A stretch of 32,000 bases of DNA from Acaryochloris marina MBIC11017. GTDB taxonomy: Bacteria; Cyanobacteriota; Cyanobacteriia; Thermosynechococcales; Thermosynechococcaceae. The notes under the pieces are model-generated. The model saw nothing but the letters and a program-made list of their open reading frames with translations. It searched no databases and was not told the DNA's origin. Within the stretch, counting starts at the first letter, position 1. Each line of letters starts with the position of its first letter. Where the stretch lies: assembly GCF_000018105.1 (NCBI RefSeq), contig NC_009925.1:5100001-5132000 (forward strand), in the 5' to 3' direction. Positions 24,191 through 32,000 of this stretch are shown piece after piece. Made by a program: the position numbers and the translations under genes.

Positions 24191-24860
24191 GGATCGATAA
24201 TCATTTAAATGGAATAAGCAATGTCTCAATGCCTATGATCTTCTGGTGTTTTGGGAACTGTTTATCATCACTATAGTAAGCTTTTGGTGAGTAGTTCCTA
24301 TAGGAGTTTTGCCCCTTTCTCTAGAGCTAAGACTAACCCAGAATCGACCATTAACATCAGAGTTGAAGAAGCAACAGATTGTCGTAAAGCCTGAAAAATT
24401 AAGCAGATTACAGAAGATGGGATGGAGCTGCACGGACAATGGGGAGTATCAAGCTTCACTGTGAGTCTTTATTAGTAAAAAAGTAGTGGACACGTTGCTT
24501 GCTAAGACAGGATTACTAATCTGCTAGAGGAATGCTGTGAAACGTACAATGTGAGGCTTTAATATCTCACTTCCCTTCAAGCTTATGTCCACTCCTCTGC
24601 TGCACTATCAACTGAGTTACTGGATCCTTCCCAGGGAGCATTGTAGAGAGCTTTTTGTGGCAGGTTCCACTTTAAGCGGAGCCTGCCACAGTGATTCTCA
24701 GTTTGTAAGTTGTTCATATAGGGACTGTTTTCGGGGGCAATTTCGTACCCAAAACAACCCAAAACGGTTAATTGATGCCTGGTTATTGACAATGAAAAAT
24801 GACCTTTAGGAGTCGGTTCGAATCCCTAAAAGCCTTGCCAGGTATAATTTACCAGCTAAG

Positions 24861-24932
24861 TGGGCGATACTGGATTTGAACCAGTGACCTCTTCCGTGTG
24901 AAGGAAGCGCGCTACCCCTGTGCTAATCGCCC
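24861..24932 (-). tRNA. tRNA-Val (anticodon CAC)
   Basis: The reverse complement folds as a cloverleaf: GGGCGAT TA GCAC AGGGGTA GCGC G CTTCC TTCACAC GGAAG AGGTC ACTGG TTCAAAT CCAGT ATCGCCC A. The acceptor, anticodon and T stems are perfect and the D stem has one mismatch. The anticodon-loop centre is CAC. CCA is not encoded. Confidence 0.85.
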
Positions 24933-24943
24933 TTGGGCCAATC

Positions 24944-24972
24944 AATCTAACACAGTCATCTCTTTAGAGCAA
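24944..24972 (-). promoter_or_regulatory. Sigma70-type promoter candidate for tRNA-Val
   Basis: On the minus strand: -35 TTGCTC (24972-24967), a 17-nt spacer, then -10 TAGATT (24949-24944). The -10 element ends 11 nt upstream of the mature tRNA 5' end. Confidence 0.4.
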
Positions 24973-25154
24973 TAGCCAGCAACGATTGCTCCACAGCATA
25001 ATGCTCTAGCCTTTAATTAGGATTGTGGGGTGAAAATTATTTGGCTAGTTAAATTAAGCAGAGGTAAACTAATTTAAGTTTTTATTTAAATGTATTGGGC
25101 TATACAAAAAAGCTGATTAGCCTATAAGGAAGCGGCTTGTGATGGATTTAGCTC

Positions 25155-25547
25155 ATGAATACTGAAATCTCTAAGAAAAATGGTTTATCGTCGGCATTTG
25201 CCCAGCGACAAACCAACATAATGGCAAACTTACAAAATCGTATGGATGTTGCGGCAGCCAAACACGATCAGCATTTGCTTGAACTCCTGACCCATGAACG
25301 GTTCCAGCTGGAATACCATTGGCGTGATATTTCACCTCCCCCTCATCGACCGCCAAACGCTATCCGGCTTTGGCAACACATAACCCAGACATTCATCTCA
25401 CGAAGGAAACTCAGCTTAGAGCGCCGAATCACCCCTAAAGGGGAAGAATGGTGGCATGTCGCAGATCCCCGCTCTGGCAAAACTTTCAATGCCGAATCAT
25501 TAGGTGTTGCAATGCAGTGGATTGAGCAGAACCGGTTAGGACATTAA
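25155..25547 (+). CDS. Hypothetical protein
   Basis: 130-aa ORF in normal-G+C DNA (…RRITPKGEEWWHVADPRSGKTFNAESLGVAMQWIEQNRLGH). No recognisable motif and no obvious RBS. Confidence 0.45.
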   Translation: MNTEISKKNGLSSAFAQRQTNIMANLQNRMDVAAAKHDQHLLELLTHERFQLEYHWRDISPPPHRPPNAIRLWQHITQTFISRRKLSLERRITPKGEEWWHVADPRSGKTFNAESLGVAMQWIEQNRLGH

Positions 25548-25652
25548 TCGCAGCAGAGGAGCGCTTATTGCTAAAAAGTTCAGGTTTACCTTCTGTGTGA
25601 ACTCAGGGCGAGCCTTCTGTATGATCAGAGGGAACAAGCAGCTGGCATCCCC

Positions 25653-26573
25653 ATGAAAGTAGTCGTAACAGGAGCAACCGGATTTGTAGGCCAACGCCTC
25701 GTTGAACGGTTGCAAGAAGAAGGCCATCAGGTCTTAGCATTAGTTCGAAGTCCCGATAAAGCGGCTAAGCTTTTCCCTTCCCAAAAATTTCCAAATGTCG
25801 AAATCCAGGGCTATGAACCTCAATCTTCAGGGGATTGGCAAACAGCTCTCTCGGGTTGGGATGGGGTGGTCAATCTGGCTGGAGAACCCCTCGTGGGCGA
25901 TCGCTGGACGACCAGCCGCAAGCAAGAAATCATTAATAGTCGTGCTGTCGGTACCCAGAAGCTGGTTGAGGCCATTGCCGCTGTGGACGAAAAGCCATCG
26001 GTGCTTGTGAATGCATCCGCCATTGGTTTTTATGGCACTAGTGAAACGGCTACCTTTGATGAATCAAGCAATCCCGGCGATGATTTCTTGGCAGAAGTGT
26101 GTCAATCTTGGGAGAAATCAGCGCAATCGGCCACTGATACTGGCACGCGATTGGTTATTTTTCGGATTGGCATTGTTTTAGGAGATGGTGGAGCCTTAGC
26201 CAAAATGTTGCCCCCGTTTCAGATGTTTGCCGGTGGTCCCATTGGTAGTGGCAAACAGTGGTTCTCTTGGGTGCATTTAGATGACTTGGTGAACTTTATT
26301 CTGACAGCACTGACGGATAGTAGTAAATCTGGTGTTTATAATGCCACAGCCCCCAATCCGGTAAGGATGAATGGACTGTGTGAATCTCTGGGCAAAGTGC
26401 TCAATCGCCCTTCTTGGCTGCCGGTTCCAGACATTGCTCTAGAGCTGTTGTTAGGGGAAGCGGCTCAGTTAGTTCTAGAAGGACAAAACGTACGACCAGA
26501 GAAAACTCAGGCCGATGGATTTCAATATAAATATGAGACCATTGACTCGGCCCTTAAACAGATCTTGACCTAA
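25653..26573 (+). CDS. TIGR01777-family SDR / NAD-dependent epimerase-like protein (YfcH-like, DUF1731 C-terminus)
   Basis: Rossmann motif [17 protein letters not shown]. The length of about 300 aa fits the family. C-terminal signature: [14 protein letters not shown]...[25 protein letters not shown]. Confidence 0.85.
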   Translation: MKVVVTGATGFVGQRLVERLQEEGHQVLALVRSPDKAAKLFPSQKFPNVEIQGYEPQSSGDWQTALSGWDGVVNLAGEPLVGDRWTTSRKQEIINSRAVGTQKLVEAIAAVDEKPSVLVNASAIGFYGTSETATFDESSNPGDDFLAEVCQSWEKSAQSATDTGTRLVIFRIGIVLGDGGALAKMLPPFQMFAGGPIGSGKQWFSWVHLDDLVNFILTALTDSSKSGVYNATAPNPVRMNGLCESLGKVLNRPSWLPVPDIALELLLGEAAQLVLEGQNVRPEKTQADGFQYKYETIDSALKQILT

Positions 26574-27784
26574 TGGCACTCCAACGAATTCTGTTCCTTC
26601 ACCCCAATTTCCCGGCTCAGTTCCGGCATTTGGCGATGGTGTTGGCGAAGAGTCCCAAGCATCAAGTGGTGTATGGGACGGCTCGGGAGGAGGGACAGAT
26701 TCAAGGAGTCCAAAAAATTTTGTACAAACCGTCACGGGACGTCCGCCCCGAAACCCATCATTATGTCCGCCCTCTAGAGAGCGCGGTGTTGGAAGGACAG
26801 GCAGTATACCGGATTGCTCAGCAGTTGAGCGAGCGGGGATTTGTGCCGGATGTGGTCTATGCCCATTCTGGATGGGGACCGGGATTATTCGTAAAGGATA
26901 TTTTCCCGAAGGCTAAGTTCTGCTGCTTTTTTGAGTGGTATTACCATGCCCACGGTACTGATGCTGATTTTGACCCTGCCGATCCCCTTGATGCCGATGC
27001 AGAGGCCCGTATTCGGATTAAAAATGCCCCCATTTTATTGGATTTAGCCAGCTGTGATTATGGCCTGTCTCCGACTCAATGGCAGCGTCATCAATTCCCG
27101 CCAGAATTTCACAGCAAAATCAAGGTATTACATGATGGTATCGACACGGAGTATTTCCAGCCTAAACCGAGAGCCAAGCTAGTATTGCCTGACATCAATC
27201 TTGATCTGTCGGCGGTGGATGAAATTGTCACTTATGTGGCGCGAGGTATGGAACCCTACCGGGGGTTCCCCCAGTTTATGGAAGCCATTGCCTTATTGCA
27301 GAAGCAACGACCCAATTGCCACGCGGTCGTGGTCGGGGCGGATCGGGTGGCTTATGGCAAAAAACTGCCCAATGGCAAAACTTATAAACAGCATATGTTG
27401 GAAACTTTGCCCCTAGACCGGTCGCGGTTACATTTTACGGGGCGGTTACCCTATAGCCAGTATTTGCAGGTGTTACAAGCTTCTTCCGTGCATGTTTATC
27501 TCACTCGGCCCTTTGTCTTGTCTTGGTCCATGCTGGAATCCATGTCTGCGGGCTGTTTACTGGTGGCTTCCAATACGGCCCCAGTGACAGAGGTGATTAA
27601 AGATGGGCAGAATGGCTTGCTGGTGGACTTTTTCTCACCGCAACAGGTGTGCGATCGCATCCAAGAAGCCCTCGATCACCCAGACGGCATGGCAGAACTT
27701 CGAGCCAATGCTCGTCAGACGATTCAGAAAACCTATGATTTGGCGAAATTATTGCCCCAGCACCTGGACTGGCTAACCCGCTAA
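26573..27784 (+). CDS. GT-B fold glycosyltransferase (group 1 / GT4-like)
   Basis: C-terminal donor-binding block: HFTGRLPYSQYLQVLQASSVHVYLTRPFVLSWSMLESMSAGCLLVASNTAPVTEVIKDGQNGLLVDF. The ATG shares one base with the upstream TAA (TAATG at 26571-26575), implying translational coupling. Confidence 0.85.
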   Translation: MALQRILFLHPNFPAQFRHLAMVLAKSPKHQVVYGTAREEGQIQGVQKILYKPSRDVRPETHHYVRPLESAVLEGQAVYRIAQQLSERGFVPDVVYAHSGWGPGLFVKDIFPKAKFCCFFEWYYHAHGTDADFDPADPLDADAEARIRIKNAPILLDLASCDYGLSPTQWQRHQFPPEFHSKIKVLHDGIDTEYFQPKPRAKLVLPDINLDLSAVDEIVTYVARGMEPYRGFPQFMEAIALLQKQRPNCHAVVVGADRVAYGKKLPNGKTYKQHMLETLPLDRSRLHFTGRLPYSQYLQVLQASSVHVYLTRPFVLSWSMLESMSAGCLLVASNTAPVTEVIKDGQNGLLVDFFSPQQVCDRIQEALDHPDGMAELRANARQTIQKTYDLAKLLPQHLDWLTR

Positions 27785-27787
27785 GGG

Positions 27788-28204
27788 CTAACCCACTTTT
27801 TTAGACGCCAACACCTTAATTTTGGTGACTAGCGTCTTTTTCAGGATTTCGTAATCCGTCGCCGACCCAGAATTGGGTTTAGGAAAAAAGTCTAAGGCCC
27901 CCGCCTGCATCAAATTAAAAATATTGTCTACATCGGAAGGATGCACACTATTGCTGATGACTAGTATGGGACGGGGAAAGTCCTTCATCACCTTTTCGGT
28001 GAATTCTAAACCGTCCATATTGGGCATCTGCAAATCGGTGCAAATGACATCTGGCATGGTTTGAGCAATAACTCTTAACCCTTCATTCCCGTCCTGGGCA
28101 GTGCCCACAACGTTGACTTCTGGGGCAGAATCCAGCAATCGACTGAGAATCTGGAGGGCAACTGCAGAATCTTCAACTAGGACTACTTTGATCGGATCTG
28201 TCAT
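27788..28204 (-). CDS. Single-domain response regulator resembling the CheB N-terminal receiver (no methylesterase domain)
   Basis: VVLVEDSAVALQILSRLLDSAPEVNVVGTAQDGNEGL...DVICTDLQMPNMDGLEFTEKVM...PILVISN...GALDFFPKP. This pattern is typical of CheB receivers, but the protein is only 138 aa. Its ATG overlaps the cheA-like stop (ATGA, 28201-28204). Confidence 0.85.
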   Translation of the reverse strand: MTDPIKVVLVEDSAVALQILSRLLDSAPEVNVVGTAQDGNEGLRVIAQTMPDVICTDLQMPNMDGLEFTEKVMKDFPRPILVISNSVHPSDVDNIFNLMQAGALDFFPKPNSGSATDYEILKKTLVTKIKVLASKKVG

Positions 28205-30534
28205 GACGCAATTAACCTCCTTAAGGTCTCGATAAGCAATGTTTGATCAAAATCACCTTTGGTTAGGTAAGCGTTGGCCCCCGCTTCCTGACCGCGACGT
28301 TTGTCTTCTTCCTTCGCTAGGGTTGTGACCAATACAATGGGAAGCTGCTGGTATTCCTGTCTCTGACGAATCTGGGCCGTCATTTCTAGTCCAGTTAAAT
28401 TGGGCATTTCCACATCAGACACCACCGCATCAAAGCGATCAGCCTGCAGCTTCTCCAATCCCTCTTGACCGTCTACTGCAGCAGTGACGTCATACCCAGC
28501 CCCTTGTAGAATCCGTTTCATTTGCGTTCGGATTGGTATGGAATCTTCAACCAACAACACCTTTGATGTCACGGCTTCATGTAAATGTTCGGACAAGGTG
28601 AGATCGTCCATGCCTTGGGTGGCTTGTAGGAAATCTTGGGGATTGAGTACCATACAGATCTCACCATTGCCCAAGATAGTGGCCCCGGTGATATTCCGAA
28701 TGCGTTTCAGCAATTTACTCTGGGGTTTTAGCACAATATCCTGCTGATCTACGAGTTGATCGATAAATAACCCCAAGCGTTCTGAACCAATTTGGAGAAT
28801 GACACAAGGAATATTGGTGCGTTCAGTTTCGTGTCTATCCTGTTCGGTTGGTAATTCAAGAACATCACTTAGCCACATTACAGATAAGGGTTGGTCTTGA
28901 TCCGTAATAGTAGGATGCCCTTCCAACGAAAAGATTTGGTCAGGGGTGACACTGATCATCTTGTCCACATATTCCAAGGGAATCGCGTAAGGATGCTGAT
29001 TTACCTCAACAATAAGGACTGCAGTGGTGGTTAAGCTAGAGCTGAGAGTGAGCTGAAAGGTGCAGCCCTGGCTAGGAATCGAACGAACTTGAATGGTGCC
29101 TTGTAGTCGCTCCACGTTGGCTCGGACCACATCCAAGCCGACCCCTCGCCCCGAAATCTCTGTCACTTGGGTCCGCGTCGAAAAACCGGGTGCAAAGATC
29201 AGAGACTGGACTTGGCTGGTGGTCATGCGGGCTAACTCGGTCTCAGTATGTAGCCCTCGTCTAATGGCCGTCTCTTGGATCTTGGTCAGCTCCAACCCTC
29301 GGCCATCGTCCGTGAGTTCAATGGCAATACTACTGCCCAATTGATACGCCCTTAAGCGGAGGGTAGCTGTTTCCGACTTACCCATCGCCATTCGTTCGGC
29401 TGTAGTCTCGATGCCATGGTCGATGGCATTGCGAACTAAGTGGGTTAAGGGAGCCTGCATCTGTTCCAAGATGTTTTTATCTGCCAGGGTATCTGTGCCT
29501 TCTAGAACCAGCTCAATCTGTTTTTGCTGTTGTTTGGCAAGATCCCGCACCATGCGAGGGAAAAGTTGAAATAGACCGGCCACGGGCAACATGCGCAAAT
29601 TGCGAATGCCGACTTCTAATTGGTTAGCCGTAATATCCAAGCGAGTTGAATCTTCTCCCACTTGGGCCTTTAGATTTTCAATCTGAAAACTGAGGGCTGA
29701 GAGCCGCTGTTGATGAACTTGCAAGACCTGATCCACCAACATGGCATCGGCCGCAGAGAGTTGCTGTTTTAGCGGCGTTAAACTCAACTGTTGGGCCTGT
29801 AAATCAGTGGTCCATTGCTCCCTAAGGGTGGCTAATTGTTCCACTTCCCCAAGTCTCTGGGCAATTCGAAGTTTCGTAACAGCCAACTCACTCGCCTGAG
29901 TCATCAATTGATCCAGCTTGGCTGCCTCTACCCGCACGGTATCCACCTGATAAGGAGAGGTGGTCGGTGTTTCAGCGGGCTTAGATTGTCCCTGATCGGA
30001 GGGAGATTGTTTGAGAAGTTGATTCAGTTCAGCCGCTAAATCGGGCTCAGTCTCTTCCGCGACTTGTATCAAGGTGGCAGCAGGGTCAATCTCTACAGTT
30101 TCATCCCCTTGAATGATATCTAGGGTCGCTGCAGGCCCTGAAGGAATGTCCGCATCATCGCCAGCCATCAACTGGGCCATGACGTGGAAAACACTCACAT
30201 CTGTCTGTTCCCCAGTCACTGCCGTATGGGCAATTTTACGAACTGCATCCAAACCAGAGTAAAGGAGATCGCATAACCCAGACGATAAAATTCGATCCCC
30301 TTGCTCAACCTCAGACAAAAGATCCTCCATCTGATGAGTAACGGTCTCGGCATCACCAACCCCCAGCATCCGCGAATCCCCCTTAAGGGAATGGGTTGCT
30401 CTTAGGAGTGCTTGTAACTGCTGTTGATCCTCTGGGTTTTTTTCCAAATGGAGCAAACCTGCTTCTATGGTTTCGATATGTTCGGCACTGGCAGCTTTGT
30501 AAAGTCCACGCAGTTCGTCATCTTCGATGAACAT
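28201..30534 (-). CDS. cheA: CheA-like hybrid histidine kinase (Hpt - dimerisation - HATPase_c - CheW-like - receiver)
   Basis: Hpt domain (LLRATHSLKGDSRMLG). ATP-binding blocks (HLVRNAIDHGIE, DDGRGL, GRGVGLDVV). CheW-like region (AVLIVEVNQHPYAIPLEYV...IVLKP). C-terminal receiver (VLLVEDSIPIR...AVVSDVEMPNLTG...VLVTTL...YLTKG). Confidence 0.9.
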   Translation of the reverse strand: MFIEDDELRGLYKAASAEHIETIEAGLLHLEKNPEDQQQLQALLRATHSLKGDSRMLGVGDAETVTHQMEDLLSEVEQGDRILSSGLCDLLYSGLDAVRKIAHTAVTGEQTDVSVFHVMAQLMAGDDADIPSGPAATLDIIQGDETVEIDPAATLIQVAEETEPDLAAELNQLLKQSPSDQGQSKPAETPTTSPYQVDTVRVEAAKLDQLMTQASELAVTKLRIAQRLGEVEQLATLREQWTTDLQAQQLSLTPLKQQLSAADAMLVDQVLQVHQQRLSALSFQIENLKAQVGEDSTRLDITANQLEVGIRNLRMLPVAGLFQLFPRMVRDLAKQQQKQIELVLEGTDTLADKNILEQMQAPLTHLVRNAIDHGIETTAERMAMGKSETATLRLRAYQLGSSIAIELTDDGRGLELTKIQETAIRRGLHTETELARMTTSQVQSLIFAPGFSTRTQVTEISGRGVGLDVVRANVERLQGTIQVRSIPSQGCTFQLTLSSSLTTTAVLIVEVNQHPYAIPLEYVDKMISVTPDQIFSLEGHPTITDQDQPLSVMWLSDVLELPTEQDRHETERTNIPCVILQIGSERLGLFIDQLVDQQDIVLKPQSKLLKRIRNITGATILGNGEICMVLNPQDFLQATQGMDDLTLSEHLHEAVTSKVLLVEDSIPIRTQMKRILQGAGYDVTAAVDGQEGLEKLQADRFDAVVSDVEMPNLTGLEMTAQIRQRQEYQQLPIVLVTTLAKEEDKRRGQEAGANAYLTKGDFDQTLLIETLRRLIAS

Positions 30535-30645
30535 GGTTGTTATGCTTGCTTAGATAAAGGGTGGGGAAAAGCAGGAAAGAGCTTTCGCTTTGGAGTCGAA
30601 AGATCCCAGACAATCAAGGGTTTCTTTCCTAAAAATAAGGCGGTC

Positions 30646-32000
30646 TTAAACCGTAACAGCCAATTGTTGAGCAACGTCAGTCAGCTGTTCTGTAGTGGTA
30701 TTCACCTCACTCACGGCAGAGGCGGTTTCTTGGGCACCCAGGTTAATGGTGTTAATCGCGGAAACCGCTTGCTGAACCACGACCGCCTGCTGTTTAGAAC
30801 TCTGAGCAATCGTTTGACTACTTTCAAACACCTCCTGAATGGACTGGGCCATTTTGACAATCACGTCATTGGTGGATTCCGCTAGTTCAATCCCCTTCGT
30901 TGCCGTTTTGGTCCCTTCATCGGTTACCATCACAGTGCTATTAATCGAAGCTTGAATATCCGCAACCAAAGTATTAATCTTGTCAGCCGAACTGCGGCTT
31001 TGGTCCGCCAGCTTTCGAATTTCACCGGCAACCACCGCGAAACCTTTTCCTTCTTCACCAGCTCGGGCTGCTTCCACCGCTGCGTTTAGGGCCAGCATGT
31101 TCGTTTGGTCCGCAATGCCAGCCACCAGCTGAGACACCGTCGAAATCTGTCCCGTTTGTTCACTCAACTGCATAATTTGTTCAGCAATTTCTCCTACTTT
31201 GGTTCGGAGTTCGCCAATCCCTTCCACCGTCTCAGCCACGGATTGGGCTCCATTCTTAGAGAGTTCTAGGGCTTCCTGGGCCCCTTTGGCTGATAAATCA
31301 GCTTGCTGGGCCGCTTGCATGGAAGACATCCCTAGCCCTTCAATGGTGACCGTTGTATCTTTAACGGATTGGGTTTGTTCGTTGATGATTTGCTCTTGTT
31401 TGCCAACGGTTTCCGCAATGGCGTAAGAGCTGGTGGCCACAGATCCGACGGAATTGGTCAATACTTTTGAAGCTTGTTGAATGGTCCAGAAAATAAATCC
31501 TAGAACGATCAAGTTCAAGGCCAACACAACGTACTGGGTATTGCTTAGCCCTTGAACGTTATTGGTGGCTGCATTTTCAGCGGCAGACACAGCTTCGTTG
31601 GTTAACTCAAAAAATTTTTCGCTCTCATTAATGACCTGAGCTTTCATACTAGGATTTGACCGATATTGCTCAATCATCTGTCCCAATACTTGCCATTCAG
31701 CTTCTACAGCCTGAATTTTGTCTAGGAACGCGGCATCTGTGGCCTTGGGCAAACCCAGTTCAGCATCTCCGTTAATCAAGCCGTTGATGAGACCATCAAT
31801 TTTCTGGCGAAGTTGATTATCCGGTTTGCCATTCGTTTCCAATTTGACCAAGCGCTGGGTGGCCCCCCGAACAATACCTGCATTGTTCACAACCGTACCG
31901 TCGTTTGTGTTGCGACCGATGTTGCTAACGGTGTAAGCAGTGGTGCCTAGGGCAAAAACCGTCAAGCCTGCAACGGTCCATCGGAGTTGGTTTGTAATTT
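30646..32000 (-). CDS. Methyl-accepting chemotaxis protein with a PilJ-type N-terminal sensor domain (5' end beyond the window)
   Basis: MCP signalling domain: [37 protein letters not shown]. Internal TM helix: [18 protein letters not shown]. PilJ-like motif: [16 protein letters not shown]. The frame stays open upstream of the track's TTG at 31965 ([18 protein letters not shown]...) all the way to base 32000, so the gene is 5'-truncated by the window. Confidence 0.88.
   Translation of the reverse strand, partial: ITNQLRWTVAGLTVFALGTTAYTVSNIGRNTNDGTVVNNAGIVRGATQRLVKLETNGKPDNQLRQKIDGLINGLINGDAELGLPKATDAAFLDKIQAVEAEWQVLGQMIEQYRSNPSMKAQVINESEKFFELTNEAVSAAENAATNNVQGLSNTQYVVLALNLIVLGFIFWTIQQASKVLTNSVGSVATSSYAIAETVGKQEQIINEQTQSVKDTTVTIEGLGMSSMQAAQQADLSAKGAQEALELSKNGAQSVAETVEGIGELRTKVGEIAEQIMQLSEQTGQISTVSQLVAGIADQTNMLALNAAVEAARAGEEGKGFAVVAGEIRKLADQSRSSADKINTLVADIQASINSTVMVTDEGTKTATKGIELAESTNDVIVKMAQSIQEVFESSQTIAQSSKQQAVVVQQAVSAINTINLGAQETASAVSEVNTTTEQLTDVAQQLAVTV

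Noticed and set aside
24583-24809. Mutually antisense 69-aa (-) and 74-aa (+) ORFs.
   Set aside because: Neither has an RBS or any recognisable motif. Open frames on both strands suggest non-coding DNA. The region is treated as a possible RNA or relic region in the findings.
24805-24840. GGTTCGAATCC T-loop motif and terminal GCCA, considered as a second tRNA gene on the plus strand.
   Set aside because: The canonical 5-bp T stem does not form (GTCGG vs CCCTA). The alternative stem gives a 14-nt loop, and no D arm or anticodon arm could be built. It is not a canonical tRNA, but is kept as a low-confidence structured-RNA or relic hypothesis.
30424-30885. 153-aa plus-strand ORF spanning the cheA/MCP intergenic region.
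   Set aside because: It is antisense to two well-supported genes and has no motifs.

Overview
This looks like a cyanobacterial chromosomal segment. The HIP1 octamer GCGATCGC occurs at least 11 times by eye, for example at 2079, 2633, 4392, 9117, 19546, 21371 and 27650. All calls below rest on reading the sequence and the supplied translations; no searches or computations were run.

Left to right, the window contains:
- A truncated bestrophin-like channel gene (missing from the ORF track) and a TPR protein gene.
- A PP2C phosphatase followed by an operon of one receiver protein and two receiver-histidine kinase hybrids.
- A small coiled-coil protein and an MscS channel.
- A pentapeptide-repeat protein.
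- Two paralogous giant RTX/CHRD beta-helix exoprotein genes (1539 and 1227 aa) in tandem, separated by an ISKra4-like transposase-like gene.
- A divergent NarL-type regulator and a sensor kinase with a CxxCH heme-c (Tll0287/DUF3365-like) domain.
- A visibly AT-rich, HIP1-free island of about 3 kb ending at the 3' side of tRNA-Val(CAC).
- A hypothetical protein, a TIGR01777-type SDR and a glycosyltransferase.
- The distal part of a chemotaxis-like operon: PilJ-type MCP (truncated at the window end), CheA hybrid and a CheB-N-like receiver.

The island carries a MITE-like element, a decayed IS5-family transposase fragment, a possibly truncated small ORF, and a secreted protein with two EGF-like cysteine modules.

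The best candidates for something new are:
- the recombination-prone RTX surface-protein locus with its possibly degenerate transposase homolog;
- the eukaryote-like extracellular-matrix domains (CHRD, spondin-like, EGF-like);
- the heme-sensor two-component pair next to the RTX genes;
- an unexplained, possibly structured segment with tRNA-like features beside tRNA-Val.
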